DNA of 64,000 nucleotides from Seison nebaliae (Eukaryota): NCBI GenBank assembly GCA_023231475.1, contig JALJEE010002733.1, positions 1 to 64,000 of the forward strand, read 5' to 3'. Shown piece by piece: positions 27,609 to 38,339 of this stretch (position 1 is its first letter; each line of letters starts with the position of its first letter). The notes under the pieces were generated by a model. It saw only the letters and a program-made list of their open reading frames with translations, ran no database searches and was not told where the DNA came from. The position numbers and the translations under genes were made by a program.

Positions 27609-28185
27609 TGAATTCATTTCAAGCTACATCGGCAATCAGATCGACATCTCTCTATCATATCGGTCCAACATGTTCAACAGTAATCCTCCGATTATGTCAA
27701 CGGATAATAATGAAATGATAAAATTACGGAAAGATTTGCTCAAATCGAAATTTGTAGAGAAATGTGGAATGATCGAACAGTTTTATTAAAACACATTCGT
27801 CATGTCGAACAAAAAATAAATGGAGAAAATTAATCGATTTGGAGAAAGGAAGCGAAATATTTTCTGATTATTTGTCGATGAAATTCATAAGGATATCGTT
27901 TATGATTTATTGAGAAGAATCAATTCTCGAACGTATATAGGTACCAAAAATCTTCATTCCATCAAGAAGATATCAAAGATCATTGGGTCAATCATTTATG
28001 ATCAGATGTTACCATTAATTACAATCGTCCTAAGGAATTGGAGAGTTGCTACTACGAGATTAAATGATAATTTTTTTCGATCTCTTACATTTTTCATTAA
28101 AAAACTTTTGATTATATGACGGAAATTTTGAAGAATTCGATTCAAAACCAAAATGGAAGATGATTCGTTATTAAATCGAGTTCTA
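27609..28185 (+). pseudogene. Decayed coding-like segment, copy A of an inverted duplication
   Basis: Aligns by eye with the reverse complement of 29060-29612 (shared blocks such as ccaacatgttcaacagtaa, gatatcgtttatgatttattga, aattaatcgatt). Multiple stops and frameshifts; family unknown. Confidence 0.55.
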
Positions 28186-29059
28186 TTAATAATATAGATA
28201 ATATGGATTGAAATTAAGGATAAATGACTCCTATCGAACATTAATCAATTAATCATATATAATTAATCATCATAATAGAATTGGAGAAATAAAAAACGTC
28301 GAAAATTGAGAAGACGATAGAGAATTTAATTCATCATATATTCTAGTATTTCTTCCGAACAAAATTTCAATCAAACTTTTCCTTGATGTCGTCACGTGGT
28401 TATATGGTATTAATGAATTGAATATTCAGTTAGAAGATTAACGAAATTAATTTGAGAAACATCCAAAAGAGAAGGAGGAATATCATATGAAACTTTACGA
28501 ATAACGACATTGCGAAAGAGAAGCGATAAGAAGAATAATTATATAAATGAATTATCAAATCGATTAATCAACTAATGAAATATGTTGGGAAATCACTTCA
28601 TAAGAAATAACTTTTTCTAAAACAAAACAAAAACAATTATTTTACTAGAGAACTTGAAAAGAATGGAGAAAAAGTGTTTAATCAATTTATTTAATATTGA
28701 AAAGAAGATCAAATAGAAAATTTTCGAAGAGAATTTTATTCAGTTTTTATATAGAACATAATTATTTACCTTTTATTTATTTGAAGACAATCGAAATATT
28801 GGTGAAAAAAAAATATTTTCTAATTGCGATACATAGCGCTCAAGGTGAATTAATGTAAAAAATGCTTCTTCAACAATGGAAAAGATGAGAGTCCTACTAA
28901 ATGATTTAGGGCAGATTGAATAATGAATTTATGAATGTATTTTATGTATACTGTCGAGAAAGGATCAATTTATTTTCCACCTAATCTATTAGACAGCCAA
29001 GACATTTATTCATCAATATATATGAGTGTGATCAAAAATGGTAAAATCGGGCTCGACAA

Positions 29060-29612
29060 TCGAACTCGATTTGAATCGAATTGTTCAGATTGAATGATTG
29101 AAGAAAGAGAAGTTTTATAATGAGAAACTGCATAAGATCAAGAAAATTTATGTTTTAATTTTGTAATAGCAACTTTCAAATTCCTTCGAGCGATTAAACG
29201 ATTACTTCTCTCAAATATCCAATGAAATAATTACGTTGAATATCTTCTGTAATGGAATGAGGACTTTTGGTACAGATAAGAGTTCCAGAATAGGTCATTG
29301 TCAATAAATCATAAACGATATCGTTACGAATTTCAAGAGCAAAAAACTAGATAATATTTCGATTACTCTCTCACAATCGATTAATTTCCTCCAATTCTTT
29401 TTCATTCAATATGATCGTGCAAAAAAATTGTTTGAATAAAAGTGTTCGATCGTTCGACTGTTTCAAATCATGAATTTGATCAATTAATTCCGCAATTTCA
29501 TCATTTCATTTTTATCCGTTGATATAATCCGCATGTTACTGTTGAACATGTTGGGACGGTATGAGGGAGACATGTAAATATGATTACCAATAGTTTTGAA
29601 TAAAATTCAAAT
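29060..29612 (-). pseudogene. Decayed coding-like segment, copy B of an inverted duplication
   Basis: Diverged reverse-complement copy of 27609-28185; coding-like sequence continues to ~29910 with stops. Confidence 0.55.
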
Positions 29613-30271
29613 TATCAAATATCAATCGCCAACATTCTCATCAATCATTATTTGGCCACTCCATAAGTGAAACAAATAAACAATTTTCCTTCTGACAATC
29701 GACTATTTTATCGGATGACTAATTATTTCATTCAAGTTGTTACTTCGTCTCTCTATGAATCGAACCAAATTCGAACGACGTGTTATAAAATCTCGGTTGT
29801 TGAGGTGAATTAATTAGAATTATTTTATTCTCATCAACATAATAATAACGAATCGTTTCCTCCTTTTTCTTCTCCTGACGTTTTCGAAGATTGATGTTGA
29901 ACGTCCGTTTATTTCATTTCATTTCATTTTTTCATTCATTTCTTAAACAATTTACAAATTTATTTCAAATTAATGAATTCACCCCAAATAAATTTGTTCT
30001 AGAAAATAAAAAATAAAATTGTTATTGTGATGACTTACCAGTGGCTTGTTAGAGACTTTTAAAGATGGGAATATCAAAAGAAAAAATTATTGTAAAAAAT
30101 GTAAGTTTATCTTCTTCGATATTTTAAAAGACGAAATATATACAAAACTTTTGCAAATTTACTCATCTTTCTTACATTCGTTTTGTTCAATTCACAAAAT
30201 CAACCAGAATTCCAAGTCAAATCATTTCTGATTTTCGTCACTCTTATTATTATAAGTATCATAGAATCAAA

Positions 30272-31615
30272 TATTATTATTATTTATTATACTTATTATT
30301 TTTTTTATTATAACAACAAATCCCAGAGGAGTAAATAAGGACGGAGGAAGACGGATAATTCACTAAATGACTCATCGGAAATCAATGATTTAACCTGATC
30401 TATTTTCGAACGCAACGAGATGCTGTCGAGTTGTATGTCGAAATAAAATTTTTAAAGTTTTGGAGAAGAACATCGTGAGATAGTTCGTAATAACGGATCG
30501 TATGTGAAAAGATGGAATAAGAATGTATTACAGTTCGTATTATAAATATATGATAGTCGAAAAATTGTGTCGGAAGTTTTCTCGATCAGAAAGAAGACTC
30601 TACGATAAGAGAATTGGACATAGAAGTAAACCAACAGTGGGGAAAAGCAGAGAACGATTACATCTATGGAAATAGCAGACCATCCTCTTAATCAGTCGAT
30701 TGTAGTCCCGATCCATTGGCAGAAACGAAATCTATAAACACAGAAAGATTGGCTCAATCGAAAATAGAGGTAGAACTAAATTTTTGAGAATTAATAAACG
30801 AATTTTTAAAGGAATAAATTTCGATTTTGGAGAAAAGGAAAAAAATTTCCCACAAAACTTATTCCGGATATGATCCATAGTGATTGAAGAGAGCGAACGC
30901 ATGTTAATCAATGAACCGAGAAATATGATAGAAGGAGAAGACCAAAAAGCCAATAAGCTTTGCCTAACGTCGGAATCGATGTGGAATGAATTACTACAAC
31001 CGTTATTATGAATGACGGAACCAAGCGAGTTGGAACAAAAATAAGTGAGAAAATACAGAATAGAGAACTACTTTATATCGAAAGCAACCGACAAATCGAC
31101 ACAATCGAAAGGTTTAGATGCATCGAGAAAAAGGAGATGTAATGATACGTTAAGATTTCGGGCATTCCGACCGAAGAAGGAAGACCGATAGGCAAACTGA
31201 TAGGGAGAGGAAAAAAGTTCATAACGATGGTGGAACAGAATGAAATTTTCAAATAAGTTCAAAGCGAAAAAAGAAATACAGATCGGTCTATAAGAATCCA
31301 AAGAATTGTGGTCCAGCTTCGATTTCTTTATGATAGGAATAATTTTGAAGTTGAACGGAATTGCAAAAAAGAGAAAATCGGAGAAGATAATGTTGACGAA
31401 ATGAGTCAGATAGGAAATAATCGATGGCAACAATTATTGAACTAGTTTAATACAGATATTATTGAAACCATGTACCTTAGTTCCATCCAGAACGAAAACT
31501 GTCTCGTGAACTTCTTGCGGAGTGAACCACTCGAAGTGATCGTTGAGATGGGACCAGTCGAATTCGTTGACAGAAAAGCTTTACTGAAATACGAAGCATT
31601 TCTGATGAACACAAT
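30272..31615 (-). mobile_element. 5'-truncated, degenerate LINE (RT and 3' end)
   Basis: RT motifs IIPIIKKSKLD..SLDSYRPICIS, QFAYR, LFLDASKPFDCVD (31068-31433); further fragments down to ~30330; A/TAA-rich tail at 30272-30312. Confidence 0.82.
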
Positions 31616-32011
31616 TGAAGCGTTATAATTATACAGTTGGTATTATGTAATAGAACAATATAAATATATATAATCAACATATTATTATAATGAGTAATAG
31701 TTTTGAAAAATTGGATTTGTAGTAGAAGCAAAGAAATTCATAAAATATTGTGGATGTTAAAAATAATAAGAAATAAGATTAATTAGCTTCCGATTGGAAA
31801 TATTCTCAACATGACTTTCGGTCATATTATTCGGATATGGAGAGAGAGGGCGAATTGCGAAGTTAAGGTAATCCAAGGACTATAATACTTGACTTTAAAA
31901 CAAACACGAAACGAACGGAAATAGTGAGTGATTTTCAAGTGATTTCTTGTGATTATTAAATTACTAAAAGAAAAAGTTTATTAGAAATTTCGATACAAAT
32001 TGATCGGAATA

Positions 32012-33919
32012 ATGAACAATTTTTGTTTCTTGGTTTACTTCTCTTTTCTCGTAATTTTACCATCGTGCAAGATGGTAGGAGATATGATTTGTTCTTTCGA
32101 CGTCTATGATGCCGTGCTAAGAAGAAACAATGCAGAGAATAGGAAACTCTATAAAAAATTGTTGACTGAATATTATACACTGGAGAAATTTGAGATTATT
32201 GCTATTTTTTGGCTAACGTTCGACGTAGACGAGGCGAAAAATGTGAATAACGTTAAAATTTCGTTTGATAACGAAAATGATTGTTTGACAAATGTGGAGA
32301 TTTATGAAAAGAGGCAAGATAATTTGAATAATTTTATCAGTTTATCACCTCAAATTAAATGTACATGTCAATTTCGAGAGGTTGATGAAAACGATGCATT
32401 CATTGTAGTTGCAGGAGAGTTCGTCAGTGTTTCAAAAATCGAATTAATGATTAAAAAGAATTTGACGGATACAATTCGTTTCTCTTATGGGGCTGTTAGA
32501 GGAACATTATTATCTGATCCTGATGTTGATGTTATACGATTCCCATATTCTCAACTCGTGATAGACGATTGCAATGTGTTAATAAGAAAATTAAGAAATT
32601 TAAATCTTCACCTATATTGCGACGATTTTATTCCTACTCAATATTATTCTTCCCAAATTATTCCTGTTAACACTATTCTCAATAAAGATGCTTTCAATGT
32701 GCAAATAAAGAATCTAATGAAAAATTACTTTAACAAATTCCATCCAATCGTGTCTATTCGTCCTCTGTTTCATAATGATGAGTATTATCTAATTCGAATG
32801 TCCTTAAAAGTTGCTAACCAATTCGTCCTAATAACAGATCAAGACAATTTTGACAGTTTTACACAACAACTGAAAGAGAAATACAATTTTTCTGAGTATG
32901 ATAGACCGATTCCTAGTCAATTCATTTATTTACCTCATTCTCAAATGGAAATATCAAAACTTTCATATCTTCAATCATTAAAACAATTTTTGAAGCAGTT
33001 TTGTGAATTCGATACGAAGATCATCAATCAAAAACCGATAACGATCAAAGGAAAAATTCAAACGGAAATTGAATATGTTGAAGAAACATCAGTCCGTAGA
33101 GAAAATGAAATAAAATTGAAAGAAACAAAAAAGATATTTGACGGTATCACAGATATTGTGGGTGAAGGATTTGATGTTGACATCATTCAAGATCAGAATA
33201 GTCACATTTTTGTATCGCTGAATGATATTAATGTTATTCCAATCAGTATTATTCCGTCTACTAAGCACATTTCATTTTCAGAAGTTCTCGTACAACATCG
33301 TCTACAATTCATTCGAATAACATTTGGAGAATCTTCTCTTAACTCAACTGCAATCGATCAACAAATGCCATCATTAGAAGATGCCCTATTTGATTTATGG
33401 ACATCTTCAAATCAACAAATCTTTGATGAAGATATTTCTATAACTCTCCAATCACCAATTGTCATACAGTTCTCGTTATAATATGTTCCGTTAAATTTAA
33501 TCGAATTTCTCTTTAGGAGTTCGAATGCAATTCTGTTAATTGTGAAGATTAATTCCAAATTTACACATAAATTTAAGAGATATAATGCAGCTCATTTATT
33601 GGAACCAGATATCGATGTGGATAATTTTAGTTTGAGTTTCCCAGATTTTTGGCAATTTGAGATTTTAAAGGATTGGACAACCATTTCATCATTATACCAA
33701 CCTTCTTCCGTTTACTCTTTCCATTTCTTATCAAATACGATTATTGATTTCATTTAGATTCAACATCATGCTAGAGTGTTGCAAACTGATCGGACATTCT
33801 TTGCAATCCGTTTAATAATTTCTGCTGTTTTATTCCTCTTCAAAATCATCAAAATAGTTATATATTTATATCTTGAACATAGCCGGAAAAGAAAAACGTC
33901 AAACTTGAATTATGAATAA
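32012..33919 (+). CDS. Orphan type I membrane protein (~600 aa), 3 exons
   Basis: Signal peptide MNNFCFLVYFSFLVILPSC; long open exon to ~33468; two ~48-nt GT-AG introns (gttctc..tttag, gtttac..tttag) keep the frame; C-terminal hydrophobic segment FFAIRLIISAVLFLFKIIKIVIYLYL followed by a basic tail SRKRK; TAA at 33917-33919. Confidence 0.75.
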
Positions 33920-35369
33920 TAAATGATGGTAAATGAATAATTTCCACTCATAACGAATTTGATGATGATATTTATATCTACGTTTTATATAAACTTATAT
34001 TATATTAATTTCAATAAACATTATCTCTGAATAAAATTTGATGGAAACAAACATGAAAACGAACTTTAAAAATTAAATGAGAAATTTATTTGAGGTAAAG
34101 ATGGAAAGTGTCTGGTGTCATTTTAAATTGGTGATATTGATGAAAATAAGAAATAAAAAAATAAGAAATTATGGTTATTTTTTAAATGATCTTCAACGAA
34201 ATTGAAAAGTTTGTATGAAAATCATTTTAATTGAATCCTTTCCCAATGACTTTGCCGTTTTGTAGAAATTGATTAATGTTATTTCAGTTCTCCTCTCGAA
34301 GATGGAATTCGAAGTTAATGGAAAATTCATTCAATTCGATAGAAACCAAGTGAAAATATGACGAGGAAACCGGTCATCACAAAAAGGAGAAAGAACCAAA
34401 GGAATAAAGTTTTCATGAATTGATAGACGCCTTTGCCATGAGTATGACGCATTTCATTATTCCAAGGGACTTGCAGCGGAATGATCGGATCATGAATTCC
34501 ATTGAACATAGTGGTATAGTTTCTTTGAAAAATGAAGAGAAAGAAAGATTTGAATAAAACGAAATTTTATAAAACTCCTTAACTTGATGGGGAACATTTG
34601 GGAATTATATTGATCATCCCACACAACAATAGGATGAACGACAGAATGAGATTAACGGAAATCTTCTTTCTTCCTTCTTCCTATTTCTTTAAACTTTTAT
34701 GATTTTTTTTTTACTTATTATTCGTTCGACTAATTGATGAGGAAATTATTTGTGCTCCAGGAGAATTTCAATCGATTTATTTCTTCAAAAACTTTCATTA
34801 TCATCTTTTCAAAATCTCTTAATAAATTCAATAATGATATTTTCGTCATTCTAACGCTATTATTACGTAATAACACGAACGTATCAAACATTTTCTTTAC
34901 GTATTATAATCTATTTAATTATAATAAATAATTGAAGCGTGAAAAAGGTCTATATTATAGACTCTATAATTTAAATTTTTCTTTTAATATTTAAAAAAAC
35001 AATCCACATATAAATTAGACTATCCAGTTGTGTGGTCGATTGATAAACAAATATTATTCATTATCTCAATAATAATTATCTCAATAATAATTATCTCATG
35101 CCTCCTACATTAATATACCAGTTTCATTCTCAACATTACTCCCACTAGGTTTCATTGTCAACCATTTCAATTATATGAACTTAGATAGTATGAATGAAAT
35201 TTAGAGATTAGAAAGAAAGTTCTTTTAATTAAAATATACATATTCCGCTCTTTATTAACCAACGAATAATGTTCAATATAAAATGGAAAAAATGAAAATA
35301 AATTCCCCGAAAGATAATCATATATGATATGATTATGTCGACAGTATAGAAAACTTCATGCACACATCC

Positions 35370-35719
35370 TTATGGCAGTTCTGGACATTTACAGGACGAC
35401 GCACAAAGACTTTTCATCCAATTTTGTTGAAGTTGTTTCAACCAATCAGTAAACCAGCCTCGACCCGATCCCTGAATAAGAATTAATAGAAATTATATAA
35501 AACTCTAAATTAACCATCATCATTGCAATTTGGGGTGGAATCGTTGCATCAACCACGTCTTCAACAGCAATTTCTGATGGTTCACCATCGTCCTTAAAAT
35601 TGAGAGTTCTAAATTTATTAAACATTTGGAAAACAGTTAACTGGAGGTGGTGTTGCCACTGCCGAAAATGCCACACTGACCAACATCAGGAAACAAACGA
35701 ATGAAACTAATCGGAACAT
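35370..35719 (-). CDS. 85-aa secreted prepropeptide, antimicrobial/toxin-like; exons 35719-35642, 35592-35515, 35471-35370
   Basis: MFRLVSFVCFLMLVSVAFSAVATPPP / DDGEPSEIAVEDVVDATIPPQIAMMM / GSGRGWFTDWLKQLQQNWMKSLCASSCKCPELP*. Two phase-0 introns of 49 and 43 nt (gttaac..aag, gttaat..cag). Confidence 0.8.
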
Positions 35720-36400
35720 TTTTATTTTATCGATCAAAATACTTCGGAATTATCATATTTATACCAGAAATAATAATTTATTAGCAATTTATTTTTAAAG
35801 TAAATTAATTGAATGCGTATAACATTACAATTCGATAACGGAGAAGGAGAAGACCGAATAAAACAATATTATTTCCTATTGTAACTTTATCACGTCGATT
35901 TAATGTTCTTTTAACATGCAAACAATACGGGATAGTGGGGAAAAGACGCTTTGAAATAATCGTTAACTGACAAACAGTTAGTTGTTCATTTTGAGAATAG
36001 CGAAGTATCCTTGAAATTATTGTACTTTTCTTTCAATTTTAATATTATTCTTTTCAAATTATTTCTCTAATTATAATAACAGTTTTCAGAGAATCAACTT
36101 CCGAACTATCATTACCGAAATTTAAACAAATTCGTCACCTACCTCGTTGACATGAAAATTTAACATATTCTTTTCTTTTACCTCCAAACAATGACACAGT
36201 AATTGTCACACAATTCAATGGAAATTTGCTGCGACGCCTCCAACTTAATCGATTAATATCAATGACATGTTCAGAAAACGATTCCGCGTTTTTTTTCCTG
36301 GTAAATTATTCAGGACTTAAAATCTCGAACAGAAAGTAAGTGATTATATGCCATTTTATCAATTCATATAAAAGTTTGAATTTAACAGATAAAAAATTTT

Positions 36401-36508
36401 TGACACGAGCGGGATTCGAACCCGCGCCCTCAATTGAGGACCAGAATTCACATTATGCGTAAGAACTAATCTTGAGTCTGGCGCCTTAGACCACTCGGCC
36501 ATCGTGCC
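36401..36508 (-). tRNA. tRNA-Leu(CAA) with a 24-nt intron (36447-36470)
   Basis: GGCACGA acceptor stem pairs with TCGTGTC; A box TGGCCGAGTGG; anticodon arm CCAGA-CTCAAG|intron|T-TCTGG; long variable arm CCTCAATTGAGG; B box GGTTCGAATCC; T6 Pol III terminator just downstream. Confidence 0.97.
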
Positions 36509-36911
36509 ACGATAATAATTTGCTACATACATAAATATTAAAGTGAAATTCGGAATTAATCTAAAAAAAAATTGGAATGAATATTTCTAAAATAACAAAG
36601 TTTTTTTTATCTTCAATCTTTTAGGATATTTTAGTTTTAAGTAAATATTTAAATTAACGCGTACACTGTACACTTGGAGTGGATGTTAGTATGTTGAAGT
36701 TAAAACTAAAATTTTAAAATGGAAAATAGAACAAGAATGAAAGTGCTTCATATGGAATTGTTGAGGCGAATTGAAAAACTTTTCAATTATAATGCGATAA
36801 ATTGAAATGTTGAAGGATTGTCTATATGTGCATGTATGATGAAAAGTGAATGAAAAGATTTAAGTGAAACTGAGTTTCAAAATTTGTTTCAATTTTTTTT
36901 TCAATTCAAAA

Positions 36912-38339
36912 ATGGAACGATTTTTCCGTTCTTTTATCATATTCTTTTTGTGGGTGAATCAATTGAATTGTATGTTTAATGATGGAGATAGTAGTTTCAT
37001 GAAGGAGGGTAGACAGAAATATGAGAATTTGATAAATAATGTTGAATATGAAACACGATTAATGAAATTATCTGATGTTGATCGGAAGATTGGAAAACGA
37101 AAGAATTCTTGTTGGTCGCAAGTGTTGGAGATGGTGAATAGTCATTGCAAATATATGGATGAAGATGTTCAACAAATGTTATCACTCTATTTCACTTATT
37201 GTCATTTGCGGTCTGTGTCAATGGAACCGCCTGATTGTATTGAAAAATTGTTGATAGAATATAATGAATCGAAAATAGAAGAAATCAAAAATTCGAAAGA
37301 AGAACAACAAATGTTTATCGAAACGGAAAAAGATGAAACTGTTTCGATTATAAGATCGAATGAAAAAGATCGAGCAGAAAATTTAGAATCATGTCTGGCT
37401 ACTGTTCGTGGAAATTCGTTTACTGTTTATACTCAATTTTATGTGGGAGTGAAATCGATGTGTCATTTCGTATCACAAGAATTATGGATGGAAAAGACGA
37501 CGGGTGCGGTCGATGATTTGACACGTGAAGGAGAAAGATCGGCGAAATTGATGAATGGAATGAATAATATTATGAGTGGAATGGTCAATCAAATTGATGA
37601 GAGCGTTAAACAGAGTGAAGAAATGATGGAAAATAGTAAAAAGTTTTCGGAAACTTTTCAACATTCCACTAATATTATGAGCGATTTATTCAATTCGTCA
37701 GTATCGACTTATTTTCGCCATTATCTCTCTTTTTTCCGTCAACTCGATCAATTGATGTATTTATTCCGAACGATTGTAACATCCTTACTTTTCTATTTCA
37801 CTTACTATATTATCATTCGAATATTGGGCGATTTGAATGAGGAGAAAGAGAAAAAAATTTATTGTCGGAAAATTCAAATATGTTTAATGATTCTCAGTTT
37901 CGCCAACGAAATGTTTCTCTTATTCATTTCACGAATCGAATTTCATGATTTGAGTGAAATAAGAATGATCTTTAATAATTTGTTCGAAAATGCTTATTCA
38001 AATTTCTATGACGATACAAACATAATTCATGAGAATTGGGAAACTTTCAAATTCTCCGTTTGGTTCTTACGACCCATTTGGCTTATCTTCTCCATCTCAG
38101 TCTCTTTCATCATTAGCAATACTCCTAAGGACGAGAATGAATTAGTTCGATATCCAAATGACATATTAACGGCTGAAAGTATCAAAGAAATGAATAAACG
38201 TTTATTAGTCGATATATTGAAGACGTATAATTCGAATAACAGACGAGAAATGACGAAACGGAGAAAAAGAAAATTGAAACTCAAATATGACGAGCATAGT
38301 GAAGAGACGAATACTAATCACGATCAATTATTTAATTAA
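36912..38339 (+). CDS. GEX1/Kar5/brambleberry-family nuclear envelope fusion protein, intronless
   Basis: Signal peptide MERFFRSFIIFFLWVNQLNC; Cys-rich domain CWSQVLEMVNSHC..MDEDVQQMLSLYFTYCHL...PPDC and CL...FTVYTQFY....SMCHFVSQELW; coiled-coil region; 2-3 C-terminal TM segments; basic tail. Confidence 0.85.
   Translation: MERFFRSFIIFFLWVNQLNCMFNDGDSSFMKEGRQKYENLINNVEYETRLMKLSDVDRKIGKRKNSCWSQVLEMVNSHCKYMDEDVQQMLSLYFTYCHLRSVSMEPPDCIEKLLIEYNESKIEEIKNSKEEQQMFIETEKDETVSIIRSNEKDRAENLESCLATVRGNSFTVYTQFYVGVKSMCHFVSQELWMEKTTGAVDDLTREGERSAKLMNGMNNIMSGMVNQIDESVKQSEEMMENSKKFSETFQHSTNIMSDLFNSSVSTYFRHYLSFFRQLDQLMYLFRTIVTSLLFYFTYYIIIRILGDLNEEKEKKIYCRKIQICLMILSFANEMFLLFISRIEFHDLSEIRMIFNNLFENAYSNFYDDTNIIHENWETFKFSVWFLRPIWLIFSISVSFIISNTPKDENELVRYPNDILTAESIKEMNKRLLVDILKTYNSNNRREMTKRRKRKLKLKYDEHSEETNTNHDQLFN

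Noticed and set aside
34190..34850. Possible small membrane or secreted protein gene on the minus strand
   Set aside because: Intron-like segments and hydrophobic stretches exist, but I could not build a consistent start-to-stop frame; left unresolved.
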